Positions 1-9,953 are shown, counted from the stretch's first letter. The stretch: 64,000 bases of DNA from an uncultured Candidatus Saccharibacteria bacterium (GCA_964397155.1 CAYNHB010000001.1:2093-66092); one strand, 5' to 3'. The notes: generated from the sequence alone by a model not told the origin. Numbers and translations: made by a program.

Positions 1-550
1 TCGTGAAGCAAATAGAAAGCTTATAAAAGCAGTAAAAATTGTTTTGCGAAGAAAATTGAACAGTCCAAGAAAGCGAAAAAGAATAGTTTGTGAATTAAAA
101 GGGACGAGAACCACTATTGCAATCAAAAAATACTTTTTTGGAAAAGTAAAAAATATCAAATTTGGAGTTTATGCCATTACTCTTAATAAAAAAAGGGTTT
201 ACGAAAGATTAAGTAAAAATAAGTCGCGAGTTTATAATTATATATCTCGTCAGGTTTTAAATAAAATTCCGTTTGAAAAAAATGGAGGAGATAGAGTAGA
301 ACTAATTATTGATAAATCAATGAGCAAACCCGAGATTGAAGAATTTAATTCTTATATCAGGCGGGAGCTAGAAACCAGATTATCGCCAAACATTCCACTG
401 GATATATACCACAAACTTTCTCATGAAAATTGCGGATTGCAAGCAGCAGATATGTTTTGTTGGGGGATTTTTCAAAAATATGAAAGAAAGAACAATGAAT
501 GGTTAGATGTTTTTAAGGAAAAGGTATTGTTTGATGAGCAGTTTCTATAA
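1..550 (+). CDS. DUF3800-family protein, C-terminal portion (gene runs off the 5' edge of the window)
   Basis: The frame is open from position 2 to TAA at 548-550, so the listed TTG at 44 is probably internal. The C-terminal motif NCGLQAADMFCWGIF resembles the conserved LQxAD core of DUF3800 proteins. Confidence 0.5.
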   Translation, partial: REANRKLIKAVKIVLRRKLNSPRKRKRIVCELKGTRTTIAIKKYFFGKVKNIKFGVYAITLNKKRVYERLSKNKSRVYNYISRQVLNKIPFEKNGGDRVELIIDKSMSKPEIEEFNSYIRRELETRLSPNIPLDIYHKLSHENCGLQAADMFCWGIFQKYERKNNEWLDVFKEKVLFDEQFL

Positions 551-552
551 AA

Positions 553-575
553 AAATCCCCTTACGGGGGAGCTGC
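553..575 (+). terminator. Weak hairpin after the DUF3800 stop (tcccc-ttac-gggga)
   Basis: Short GC stem directly after the TAA. No clean U-run follows, so support is weak. Confidence 0.25.
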
Positions 576-745
576 CCTATAGATTTGTGATGTCTAGACT
601 ATTGCCAACCGATGGATGGGAACATCTAGAACAATCCATAAAGGACTTATGCTCAATTTCAATATAACACAAAAATGGATGTCAATCAAGAGTTATTCAC
701 ATACGCATGTCTAACCATTAGCAAGCAAATAAAAAACAAAAAATT

Positions 746-1063
746 ATGGAGTATTTATATTTTGTTTTAATTTTATTAGTTTTGATGGTTGCTGGTTTGG
801 TTTTGTGGGTTTGGTATTTGTCTAAAAGAAAAGAAGAGGGTGGGCTGGAGAAATACAATGAAGAAGTACAGGCAAAGAAAAAAGAGGCGCAAAGCAAGAT
901 TATGGCTCTTTTTGGCAGTAAAGACAAAATTTGCAACAGCGATGTCCAAAAACTGCTGGGCATTTCTCAATCTTCAGCAACAAGATATTTAGATGACCTG
1001 GAGGCAGAAGGCAAAATTAAGCAGATTGGCAAAATAGGCCAAAGCGTGTTTTACACAAAGTAA
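746..1063 (+). CDS. Small membrane-anchored winged-helix (wHTH) DNA-binding protein
   Basis: N-terminal hydrophobic helix (YFVLILLVLMVAGLVLWVWYL), a charged linker, and a C-terminal wHTH-like segment (SSATRYLDDLEAEGKIKQ). Paralogous to the ORF at 63402..63725. Confidence 0.6.
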   Translation: MEYLYFVLILLVLMVAGLVLWVWYLSKRKEEGGLEKYNEEVQAKKKEAQSKIMALFGSKDKICNSDVQKLLGISQSSATRYLDDLEAEGKIKQIGKIGQSVFYTK

Positions 1064-1105
1064 GTTGAATGGCCCAAGCACTGTCTGGGCCATTCGCAGG
1101 AAGCT

Positions 1106-1132
1106 AAAAACGCCCCGCAGCGGGGCGTTTTT
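1106..1132. terminator. Bidirectional rho-independent terminator
   Basis: aaaaa-CGCCCCG-cag-CGGGGCG-ttttt is a perfect 7-bp GC stem flanked by an A-run and a T-run. It sits between the convergent genes 746..1063 (+) and mtnP (-). A second inverted repeat, atggccca...tgggccat, lies at 1068-1092. Confidence 0.8.
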
Positions 1133-1889
1133 AGCTTATTTTGGGGAGAGTTTCAAGTATCAATTTTTTAACATTACCTACGTTTTTGCCGAATATTTCA
1201 AAAACTTCTTTCCAAGTAACAGCGCTTTCTTCTTCCAGCCAGCTGTCATAGTCAGTTGACATTGCTATTGCAGAATACTCTATTCCTGCTTCGTTTGCCA
1301 GAATACACTCTGGGGCTACAGACATATTAATTACATCAGCCCCCCAAATGCGAAACATTTTTGACTCTGCTTTTGTAGAAAAGCGTGGGCCTTCTATTGT
1401 GATTACCGTGCCATTTGGGTGGAATTTAAGATTCAAATTTTTTGCGCTTTCAATTAAAATTTGTCTTAACTCGTTTGAAAAAGGTTCTGGCATGGCAGTA
1501 TGTTTTGCGTTTTCAGATCCTCCGGCAAACTCCTCATAATAAGTTATTTTTCTGTGCCTTGTAAAATCAATAAACTGGTCGAGTATAACAAGGTCGCCCC
1601 TTTCAATTTCTTTTTTTAAACTGCCGCAAGCAGTGCTGGCAATAATATGTTTTACTCCAAGCTCTTTTAGGGCTAAAATATTTGCCCTGAAATTCACTTG
1701 AGTGGGCGGAATGGTATGGCGCTTGCCGTGCCTTGCCAAAAAAGCAATTTTTTTACCTTTTAATTCTCCAATTTTTAAAGCAGAGCTTGGCTGGCCATAT
1801 CGCGTGTTAACCTCCAAGTCTTTTACATTTTTCAAATCCTCCATATCATAAAGCCCTGAACCGCCAATTATTCCTATATCAGCTTTCAT
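1131..1889 (-). CDS. mtnP: S-methyl-5'-thioadenosine phosphorylase (purine nucleoside phosphorylase family 2)
   Basis: N-terminal IGIIGGSGLY motif and overall MTAP-like sequence over 252 aa. Overlaps the apt gene by 11 nt. Confidence 0.85.
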   Translation of the reverse strand: MKADIGIIGGSGLYDMEDLKNVKDLEVNTRYGQPSSALKIGELKGKKIAFLARHGKRHTIPPTQVNFRANILALKELGVKHIIASTACGSLKKEIERGDLVILDQFIDFTRHRKITYYEEFAGGSENAKHTAMPEPFSNELRQILIESAKNLNLKFHPNGTVITIEGPRFSTKAESKMFRIWGADVINMSVAPECILANEAGIEYSAIAMSTDYDSWLEEESAVTWKEVFEIFGKNVGNVKKLILETLPKIS

Positions 1890-2409
1890 ATTTTATTAAA
1901 GAATTTATATTTTGCTCTTTTAATTGTTCTTTGCCTTTTAAAAAAACTAATTCAATTAAAAATTCAACTCCAATTAATTTGCCTTTTAACTCCTTTACTA
2001 AATCAACAGCTGCTTTCATTGTACCTCCTGTAGCTAAAACATCATCAACCAGCAAAACTTTTTCACCCGGCAAAATTGAATCTTGATGCATTTCAATTGT
2101 GTTTGACCCGTATTCTAAAGCATAATCCCTTGAAACTGTTTTTGAAGGCAGTTTGCCTTTTTTGCGCACAATGGCAATGCCTGTTTTTAATTTGTATGCC
2201 ATGGCAGAAGCCAGCAAAAATCCGCGGGCATCAATGCCGATTATTTTGTCTATATCTTGTGCTTCATAGGGGTGGCACAATTCATCAATCATTATAGAAA
2301 AAATTTCTTTGTCTTCCAGCAAAGGGGTTATGTCTTTAAAATTAACCCCTGGCTTTGGCCAGTCCGGAACTTCCCTTATTTTTGATTTGAAAAGTTGTTG
2401 GATGTTCAT
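1879..2409 (-). CDS. apt: Adenine phosphoribosyltransferase
   Basis: PRTase fold with the PRPP-binding motif VLLVDDVLATGGT and the APRT-typical N-terminus (VPDWPKPGVNFKDITPLL). 176 aa. Confidence 0.9.
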   Translation of the reverse strand: MNIQQLFKSKIREVPDWPKPGVNFKDITPLLEDKEIFSIMIDELCHPYEAQDIDKIIGIDARGFLLASAMAYKLKTGIAIVRKKGKLPSKTVSRDYALEYGSNTIEMHQDSILPGEKVLLVDDVLATGGTMKAAVDLVKELKGKLIGVEFLIELVFLKGKEQLKEQNINSLIKYES

Positions 2410-4949
2410 TCTGAATAGTTTTTAATATATTTTTCCGCGTAATCCTGACCCAAAGAGCTTATAAAGTTTGCTACATGGGTATGGATGCTCGGATCTAATT
2501 TTTCTGCAAGCACAGCTTCGTAATAGGCCTTTTCGTATTCACCTAATTCTTTGCAAACGCCAGCCAAACTAAAATGGTAGGCGCCTTCATTTGGGTATCT
2601 TGCCACTGCTTGCTCATAAAGCGACTTGGTTATTAAATATTCTTGCCTGGCTTTTTCGGTTTCTCCTATTTGGTTATACACAAAAGCTAGGGAAGAATGA
2701 AGAGTCGGGTCATTAGGGCTCAACCCAAGCAGTTGTTTTAAAAATTCTGGCACCTCTTTATTTTCCGGCTGTAACTCAAAAACTTTAATAGCCTCTTTGG
2801 CGGCTTTGCTATATTCTCCTATTTGCCTGTATAAATAAGCTAAAACAGCGCGGTAGCCGGCATTATTGACGTCATTAAAAACAGTTGCCATATAATAGGC
2901 GTCGGCGGCGTCTTTGTAATTTTTTTGGCTTATATAAGCAACCCCGAGCTGTATATAAGGATAAGAGGTATCAGTTTTTTGTTTTGCCTCCTCAACATGT
3001 TTTTTGCCGTTTTCCTGGTCTCCTAAAAACACTTCAGCTACGCCCAAGTACCAATAGCAGTAGCCGTTGCTGTCGTCTATTTTTATGCAGTCATTTGCTG
3101 TTTGCTTCATTGCCTGGTAATCCTCGGCCAATAAATGGCTTTTTTCCATTTCTATTAAAATTTCCTGCCGTTTTGGGCTTGATTCCAGAGCTTTATTAAG
3201 ATAGCCCACTGCCTCGGAAGTAAGCTCTTTCTTGCTTTTGGCATCTTCTTTTTGCGCCGCCAAAACATTTGTGAATGCTCCCAGGGCAATCCATGTTCTG
3301 GTGTATCTGGGCTGGATAACAGATGCTGGCTTTAAGGCATTAACTCCAGACAAAGCATATTCTTCCTGTTTTTCCGGAAATGCTGAAATGCATTTTTTAA
3401 TAGAGTCAAAATATTTTAATCCTGCGTAAGATTTTAAAATTCCTGAATTTGGCCAAGTTTTGCCCATTATATCCAGGGCTTTTTGGCATTTTCTGGCGCT
3501 GATCAGATTGTCGGCATAAACAATATTATTGTTGAGGTATAAGGGCTTTATGTTCCAAAACCAGATAAAAAAGATTAAAAAAATTAAAAGAGGAATATAA
3601 ACAAACTTGTTTTTTCCGGCATTTGTTTTAGGCGGCAAAATGACTATTTTTTCAGCTGGCAAGGAGAGCAGGTAAAAGGAGCAGCCGATAAAAAAGAAGG
3701 AAATAAGATAAGTTGAAAAATCGTCAAAATTAAAGAAAAGCGCCACAAGGTACGCAACAAACATAGTTTGAAGCCCGTGAGCCAGGTAAGTATTCGGGCT
3801 GTCGCCAGTCTGCCTTTTAAATTTCTGGAGTTGCCACAAAAGCAATATCCAAAAAGAAACATAAAACAAAAGGGCTAATATGCCTGAATTGACCCATATT
3901 TCCAAAAACGCATTGTGGGGCCTGTCCCACCACAGATTTTTGACATCTTTAATTGTGGGGTCGTAGTATTTTTCAAAGCCCATATAAAAATTTTCAGGGC
4001 CCCAGCCCAAGATAGGTTTTTCTTTTATTGCCTTGAGAGTGATTTTCCATGCTGAAAAGCGGGTTCCGGCTAAATCGGAAAGCACCCCTTTAACAGACAG
4101 CCTTTGGGCAGTTAATTTTAGTAAAGTATTTTTCTCTGTAATTTGAGGAAAAAAGTTAAAAAGCAAAACAGCCAGAAAAGCCAGCAAGAGTATGGAAGCG
4201 CTGATTGTTTTGAGAGATTTAAATTTTTTAGGATAAAAAAAGAAGAAAAAGAAAAACCCGGCTAAAAGACCAAGGTAAGTGGCGCGGGAGCCGGTGATCA
4301 AAATAGTAAAAATAAAAAGCAGAAAAAGAAGGCCGTAAATTATTTTTTTCTTTTTGATTTTTTCCTTGACAAACAAGGTAAAAGATAAAAAAACCAGAAA
4401 AATTGTATAAATTGCCAGAAAAGTAGCGTTGCCCAAAAAAGAAGGCGTGCCCCCGCTTTCAAAAGAAATAAAAACATTTTTTAAGATATTAAAATACTGG
4501 ACAATAGCCAGCAAAGAACATAAAATTCCTACTAAAAACAGCGAACTAAACAATTTTTGCCAGATGTTTTCATTGGTGAAAAGAGCTAAGGCAACAGTAA
4601 AAACAAAGAAAAACAATAAATTAAGCGCGCCTCCGCCTCTTGAGGGAGAGCCGAAGATGCTGAAATTTATATCCTGTGAAAATATAACAGACAGGATTAT
4701 AACCGCAAAAAAAGCCGACAAGGCCAGAAAGGATAGATATTTAGAAAATTCCCACTTAGGAACAGAAAAAGAAAACTCTTTTTTATAGAAAAATTTATAA
4801 AGCAGAAAACAAGCCAAAACGGTTAAAATTGTCCTGAATAAAATCGTCCGGCTCCATGTAGCTGGCTGGAATGTTGGGGGGAGAAGAACTATCGGCATAA
4901 ACACCAAAAGGCAAAGCCCCCATAATAAAAATTTTGAATTGCTTTCCAT
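2406..4949 (-). CDS. O-antigen ligase-like (Wzy_C) polytopic membrane protein fused to C-terminal TPR repeats
   Basis: The N-terminal two-thirds has more than 10 predicted TM helices, including a GSRATYLGLLAGFF segment typical of the Wzy_C/O-antigen-ligase domain. The C-terminal ~350 aa has repeated TPR-like A/Y-rich helical pairs. Confidence 0.65.
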   Translation of the reverse strand: MESNSKFLLWGLCLLVFMPIVLLPPTFQPATWSRTILFRTILTVLACFLLYKFFYKKEFSFSVPKWEFSKYLSFLALSAFFAVIILSVIFSQDINFSIFGSPSRGGGALNLLFFFVFTVALALFTNENIWQKLFSSLFLVGILCSLLAIVQYFNILKNVFISFESGGTPSFLGNATFLAIYTIFLVFLSFTLFVKEKIKKKKIIYGLLFLLFIFTILITGSRATYLGLLAGFFFFFFFYPKKFKSLKTISASILLLAFLAVLLFNFFPQITEKNTLLKLTAQRLSVKGVLSDLAGTRFSAWKITLKAIKEKPILGWGPENFYMGFEKYYDPTIKDVKNLWWDRPHNAFLEIWVNSGILALLFYVSFWILLLWQLQKFKRQTGDSPNTYLAHGLQTMFVAYLVALFFNFDDFSTYLISFFFIGCSFYLLSLPAEKIVILPPKTNAGKNKFVYIPLLIFLIFFIWFWNIKPLYLNNNIVYADNLISARKCQKALDIMGKTWPNSGILKSYAGLKYFDSIKKCISAFPEKQEEYALSGVNALKPASVIQPRYTRTWIALGAFTNVLAAQKEDAKSKKELTSEAVGYLNKALESSPKRQEILIEMEKSHLLAEDYQAMKQTANDCIKIDDSNGYCYWYLGVAEVFLGDQENGKKHVEEAKQKTDTSYPYIQLGVAYISQKNYKDAADAYYMATVFNDVNNAGYRAVLAYLYRQIGEYSKAAKEAIKVFELQPENKEVPEFLKQLLGLSPNDPTLHSSLAFVYNQIGETEKARQEYLITKSLYEQAVARYPNEGAYHFSLAGVCKELGEYEKAYYEAVLAEKLDPSIHTHVANFISSLGQDYAEKYIKNYSE

Positions 4950-4973
4950 AATATTTTATGATACAAATTAAAT

Positions 4974-5417
4974 ATGCAAAAAGCAAGAAAAAAAATAGTG
5001 ATAACATCCGGTTATTGGAACCCTGTGCACGTAGGCCACATAAATTTATTTAAAGGAGCTAAGGAGATAGGAGATGTCTTAGTTGTAATTATGAACAACG
5101 ACGAGCAGGTGGAATTAAAAGGCGGCGCTATTTTTATGCCAGCAAAAGAAAGAATAGAAATAATAAAAGCCATAAAATATGTTGATGAAGTTTTTTTATC
5201 TGTTGACAGTGACAGTTCTGTTTGCAAGAGCTTAAAAATAATTGCAAAAATGCACCCCGGTTGCGAGCTTTTTTTTGCAAACGGCGGGGATAGGCACCAT
5301 GGCAATATTCCCGAAACAGGGGTTTGCGAAGAATTGAATATAAGGGTGGTAGATGGAGTCGGGGGAGAGAAAGTGCAAAGCTCATCATGGATGCTGAATA
5401 AAATTAAGAATTCTTAA
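4974..5417 (+). CDS. Nucleotidyltransferase of the cytidylyltransferase-like superfamily (HldE domain II / TagD-like)
   Basis: HxGH motif (NPVHVGHINL) near the N-terminus and the small ~150 aa size typical of the CTP_transf_like fold. Confidence 0.65.
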   Translation: MQKARKKIVITSGYWNPVHVGHINLFKGAKEIGDVLVVIMNNDEQVELKGGAIFMPAKERIEIIKAIKYVDEVFLSVDSDSSVCKSLKIIAKMHPGCELFFANGGDRHHGNIPETGVCEELNIRVVDGVGGEKVQSSSWMLNKIKNS

Positions 5418-5421
5418 ATCA

Positions 5422-6360
5422 ATGGATATAATTGTTGTTTGTCATACAGAATTTGGTTTTACCTCCGGCAAAAAAATAGTTTTTGATAAAAAAGGCCGGC
5501 AGGGCGTTAAAAGCGGGGTTAAAAATTTAATTGAATTAGCAGGCAAATACAAGGCCAAGATAACCTTTACTGTTTGCCCAGAAGTTGTTGATTTTTTTCC
5601 AAAAAATACTTACCATGAGATAGGATTGCATGTCCACCCAGGCTGGGAAAAATTCAGCAAGCCCGGGTTTGAATGGTTTGTAGGAGACCAATATCTTAAA
5701 GAACATTGCCGTCAGTCTTCGTTTTCCAGCGCCTTGTCAGACCACCCTTATTCAGAGCAGTTTGAGATGATAAAAATAGGCAAGGAGTATCTTAAAAATA
5801 GATTAGGCGTTGAATCAAAAGTTTTTGTTGCCGGCCGCGGCTCTGTAAACGATGATACTATAAAGGCGCTGGTGGAAAATGGATTTAGCCACGATTGTTC
5901 AGCCTTAGCAAACAAAAAATTAGCTTATTTGGATTGGTCAAGATTGCCCAGGATTTGCATGCCCTATCACCCCGATGCAGGAGATTATCAAAAAAAAGGG
6001 GACTTGCCTATTTTGATTGTTCCTGCTGCCCAAGTGATATACGGAAGATCTATTGCCCCAGAGAGTGTTCCTAATTTTGGTTTTTCTTGGTTTAAGGCTT
6101 GTTTTTTAGAGTATTACAGGCAAAAGGCGCCTTTATTTCATATTTTCACTCATTCGCCGACAATGACCAGCCCTTATTATTTATCTGTGATGGATAGTTT
6201 TTTTTCTTTTATCTCAAAGTATGATAATATAAATTTTAAATTTGCTTCACAAATTAAAGAATACCCGGATGCGAATTATAAGACATATTTATGGTCTTAT
6301 TTATTTTCTCCCAATAAAGAAATCGCAAAAACAATTCTTAAGAAATTCAAGGGATTATGA
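5422..6360 (+). CDS. Conserved hypothetical enzyme, possibly polysaccharide-deacetylase or glycoside-hydrolase-like
   Basis: 312-aa soluble protein with His-rich candidate metal-binding segments (VVCHTEFG, HEIGLHVHPGW). I recognise no definitive family motif, so the functional call is weak. The existence of the ORF is solid and its stop overlaps the next start. Confidence 0.35.
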   Translation: MDIIVVCHTEFGFTSGKKIVFDKKGRQGVKSGVKNLIELAGKYKAKITFTVCPEVVDFFPKNTYHEIGLHVHPGWEKFSKPGFEWFVGDQYLKEHCRQSSFSSALSDHPYSEQFEMIKIGKEYLKNRLGVESKVFVAGRGSVNDDTIKALVENGFSHDCSALANKKLAYLDWSRLPRICMPYHPDAGDYQKKGDLPILIVPAAQVIYGRSIAPESVPNFGFSWFKACFLEYYRQKAPLFHIFTHSPTMTSPYYLSVMDSFFSFISKYDNINFKFASQIKEYPDANYKTYLWSYLFSPNKEIAKTILKKFKGL

Positions 6361-8018
6361 AAAAAGAATACAAATCAATTTTTCTTGTAAAACTTCCTCT
6401 GTGTTCTCATCCTGACTCCGAAGACAGCGATAGTTTTAGAACCAAAAACCCGTTTAGGCCGGACCCTTCTTTGGCTTTACCGGCATTGTGCGCTTTTATA
6501 GAAAGATACAAAACTTATGATTATAAAATAAAAGCCGTAGATTTAAACCTAGAGGCTTATACTAAACCCGGAACCCCGGTAGATCCGTCTGTTTTCCCCG
6601 GATTGTTAGAGAAAACTATTAAAAACAACGATTATGATGTTTTATCTATATCAATAATGTTTGTTTTTAATGTAAAGTGGGTTGATGATATTGTAAAATT
6701 ATCAAGAAAATTTCATCCTGAGGCAAAAATAATTATCGGTGGCGGATATCCTACGCTTTTTCCTGATAGATGTTTAGCAAAACACGATATTGATAACGCG
6801 ATAATAGGGGAAGGAGAAGCTACTTTTTTGCATATTATTAATAAATATAATAATCATCAAGATCCTGAGTTTGATAAAAAATTTCCTCATGGGTCATATG
6901 CGGCAAAAAATGAAAAAGGAGAAATTAATATTATCGAAGGAAAGAACAGCTTTATTGATCTAGCTAATTTGCCAGTTCCGGCTTGGGATTATATAAATAT
7001 AGAAAAATATTTTGAGAAGAGCGGGGAAAGCACACTGCCAATTGAAGGGAGCAGAGGATGCCCGTATCGTTGTTATTATTGTACCAGCTTCCTTTTTTGC
7101 GGGCCAAGGATTCGCTATAAGCCAGTTGATAATTTAATAAAAGAGATATTAGAGATAAAAAAAAGATACAAGGGTGTAAAAACTTTGCGTTTTGTAGATG
7201 ATAATCTTTCTTTTTCTAAAGACTGGATCAAGGATTTATTGAATAGAATAATAGATATGAAATTGCCGTTAAAATTAGAGATTCAAAACTTTTCAGTCAA
7301 GCATTTAGACGAAGAAATAGTAAGCTTATTAGTTAAAGCTAATATGAAGACATTTACTCTAGCTATTGAGTCAGGTTCTCCTGAAATACAAAAACGCATT
7401 AACAAGAACTTAAACCTTGATATGGTAAGAGGAGTAGTAAAAATGATAAAATCTCATGGTGTTCATCTCCATCTTTGCTGGATGGTAGGCTTTCCAAATG
7501 AAACATTGGATCAGATTAATGAAACTTTTGCTTTCGCCCGCGAATTAAAAGCTAACTCAAACCAATTTGTTACAGTTTTACCGTATCCTGGAACGCCGAT
7601 GTTTAATGAGGCAAAGAGAGACAATTTACTAGTTTTTTCCGAAGACAATTTAGATAAGTTTGATAATAGGAGATGTGACTATTTAAAATCAGATCAATGG
7701 AATTATGATCAGCTTCAGAAAATTATATATGATGCCAATATTGAAATGAATTTTCTTAAAAATCCTTCTCTTGAAACTGCTGAAGGGCGAGACCGCCTCT
7801 TAGAGTTTTTTCAGCCCCTTTTATTGGCGATACCAGAACACGTTGTTTTGCATTTAGTTGTTGGATATATTCACAAGAAGAAAGAGAATTATTCTGAATC
7901 TGAAAAGCATTACAATACAGCCAAAGAGCTTTTAAAAGACAAAAAGCTTTCTGAAACTTTTACTAAATATTTATCTTGGGATAACCTAGTTATACGAGAT
8001 TTTAACGCATGGCTATAA
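6357..8018 (+). CDS. B12-binding (class B) radical SAM enzyme
   Basis: The Cx3Cx2C motif GCPYRCYYC follows an N-terminal Rossmann-like cobalamin-binding region. 553 aa. Confidence 0.8.
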   Translation: MKKEYKSIFLVKLPLCSHPDSEDSDSFRTKNPFRPDPSLALPALCAFIERYKTYDYKIKAVDLNLEAYTKPGTPVDPSVFPGLLEKTIKNNDYDVLSISIMFVFNVKWVDDIVKLSRKFHPEAKIIIGGGYPTLFPDRCLAKHDIDNAIIGEGEATFLHIINKYNNHQDPEFDKKFPHGSYAAKNEKGEINIIEGKNSFIDLANLPVPAWDYINIEKYFEKSGESTLPIEGSRGCPYRCYYCTSFLFCGPRIRYKPVDNLIKEILEIKKRYKGVKTLRFVDDNLSFSKDWIKDLLNRIIDMKLPLKLEIQNFSVKHLDEEIVSLLVKANMKTFTLAIESGSPEIQKRINKNLNLDMVRGVVKMIKSHGVHLHLCWMVGFPNETLDQINETFAFARELKANSNQFVTVLPYPGTPMFNEAKRDNLLVFSEDNLDKFDNRRCDYLKSDQWNYDQLQKIIYDANIEMNFLKNPSLETAEGRDRLLEFFQPLLLAIPEHVVLHLVVGYIHKKKENYSESEKHYNTAKELLKDKKLSETFTKYLSWDNLVIRDFNAWL

Positions 8019-9952
8019 ACATATATTTTGCTGATTTAGTATACAAAACCAATAAGACAAACTTTTTTGTACCCTTGAACATAGGATATGTTGCAGCTTT
8101 TCTAAAAGAGAGGTTTAGAGAAGATGTTAACATTAAGCTTTTTAAATATCCGGATGTTCTTGAAAAAGCTCTAGTTGAAAACCCTCCTGATATTTTGGCT
8201 TTGAGCTATTACAACTGGAATGCCAGGTTAAGCCTTCTTTTTCTGGATATGGTTAAACGATTAAACTCGAAGACATTAACAGTTATGGGTGGGCCGAACA
8301 TCAGAACTGATCCAGACAGCCTTAAAAAATTTTTTGCCAGTCACACCAATCTTGATTATTATATAACCAACGACGGCCCGGAGCCTTTTTCCAAACTTAT
8401 TGGTGAAATTTTAGCAGGGCGCCCCAATCCCGATCCTTTGTCTTTGGCTGCTGAACCCTTTGATGCAAAAAGCATGGAAATAAACCACCCCAGCCCTTAT
8501 CTTACAGGATTGTTGGATGAGTTTTTGGCTGACCCTGATATAAACATTCTTTTGGAAACTAACAGGGGGTGTCCTTTTAGGTGCGCTTATTGCGCTTGGG
8601 GAGGGATGCTCCCTAAAATAAGAACAAGGCCCCTTGAGCAGGTTTTAAAAGAAATTGAGTATATAGCTGAAAAATCAGCAAGTCAGCCCACTTGGATATT
8701 CTGCGATAGTAATTTTGGGATTTTACCCAGAGATTTGGAAATTGCAAAAAAGGTGCGGGAAGTAATGGATAAAAAAGGGTACCCTAAAGATGTGATTATT
8801 TGGCAGTCAAAAAACACGCCGGCAAGAAACATAAAAATTGGCGAACTTTTAGGGAAAAATAACAGGGTATTAATTGCCATACAGTCAGCAGACCCCAAGG
8901 TTCTTGATATTATCGGCCGGGGAAACATAAAAATGAGCAGCATAAAAGAAGAAGTAGATTATTACCACAAAAAAAACCTTAAACTGGGAACGGATATTTT
9001 GGTAGGATTGCCCGGCGAGAGCAAAGACAGCCACTGCAATACTTTGGCAGCTGCTTTTGATATGGGATTTGATTATATTGCCCCACTTAATATTATGCTT
9101 TTACAGGGCACAAGGTATGAAAGCGATGAGTATCGCCAAAAATATGGAGTTAAAACCAAATACAGGCCGATTTTCGGCGCTTACGGCACATATGATAATA
9201 AAAAAGTATTTGAAATAGAAGAGTCGGTCAGGGCCACAAAAGATATGCCAGAACAAGAAATGAATAATCTTAAAATTCACCACTGGCTTATTTTCCTTAC
9301 TTGGAATTATGGTGTTTTCAAACCCATTTTGATGCTGGGCAAAAAACAAGGAATTAACCCTGAAACCGTTATAAAAGAGCTCTCTCAAACCCAAAACCCT
9401 GTGTTAAAAGATTTTTTTGACCGTTTTAAAAAACAATCTATGGAAGAATGGTTCAAAACTAAAGAAGAAATGATTTCTTTTTACGAACGGCCTGAAAATT
9501 TTAGCAATTTAGTCAAGGGTTTTGTAAAATTAAACCTTTTTTATGTGGCATGGGCTTTTCAGAACCCTGAAGTTCTCAATGCTTTAAAAAAAGAAATGGA
9601 AGCTATTGTTGTTGAAAAACTTAAAGAAAACAATGTTTTTGATCTGACTATTATAAAAGGAGTGGCTGAGCTTTCAGACCTTTTTGTCTGCAAAAATTTT
9701 TTGGAAGGCGAAAGGCAAATAACTGTAAAATATCCAGGCCAAGTTGTTTCAGTTGCGATTGATGATGCAAAATTCGCCGATAAAGATACTGTTGAATTAG
9801 AAATTTATCGGCCCCAGGAGTTTGTTGAACTTTGCAGGGCGCACCTGTGCCCGGACGGAAAGGAAAATTTATCTTTAGAAAATATCGCCAAGTTTTTAGA
9901 AATAGGAGGCGCCAGTACGCTTAAAAATAAGGTAATTGTAAAAAATCTTTAA
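8009..9952 (+). CDS. B12-binding radical SAM enzyme with ~250-aa C-terminal extension (tandem paralog 1)
   Basis: Cx3Cx2C motif NRGCPFRCAYCAWG. About 75% amino-acid identity to the next ORF. Confidence 0.8.
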   Translation: MAINIYFADLVYKTNKTNFFVPLNIGYVAAFLKERFREDVNIKLFKYPDVLEKALVENPPDILALSYYNWNARLSLLFLDMVKRLNSKTLTVMGGPNIRTDPDSLKKFFASHTNLDYYITNDGPEPFSKLIGEILAGRPNPDPLSLAAEPFDAKSMEINHPSPYLTGLLDEFLADPDINILLETNRGCPFRCAYCAWGGMLPKIRTRPLEQVLKEIEYIAEKSASQPTWIFCDSNFGILPRDLEIAKKVREVMDKKGYPKDVIIWQSKNTPARNIKIGELLGKNNRVLIAIQSADPKVLDIIGRGNIKMSSIKEEVDYYHKKNLKLGTDILVGLPGESKDSHCNTLAAAFDMGFDYIAPLNIMLLQGTRYESDEYRQKYGVKTKYRPIFGAYGTYDNKKVFEIEESVRATKDMPEQEMNNLKIHHWLIFLTWNYGVFKPILMLGKKQGINPETVIKELSQTQNPVLKDFFDRFKKQSMEEWFKTKEEMISFYERPENFSNLVKGFVKLNLFYVAWAFQNPEVLNALKKEMEAIVVEKLKENNVFDLTIIKGVAELSDLFVCKNFLEGERQITVKYPGQVVSVAIDDAKFADKDTVELEIYRPQEFVELCRAHLCPDGKENLSLENIAKFLEIGGASTLKNKVIVKNL

Positions 9953-9953
9953 C

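Noticed and set aside
718-992. Three overlapping small ORFs (718..963 -, 776..970 -, 789..992 +) overlapping the 746..1063 gene
   Set aside because: They are antisense or alternative-frame shadows of the better-supported membrane-wHTH ORF, with low-complexity translations.
5012-5388. Minus-strand ORFs 5012..5305 and 5134..5388
   Set aside because: They are antisense to the cytidylyltransferase-like gene 4974..5417, which has a clear HxGH motif, so they are shadow ORFs.
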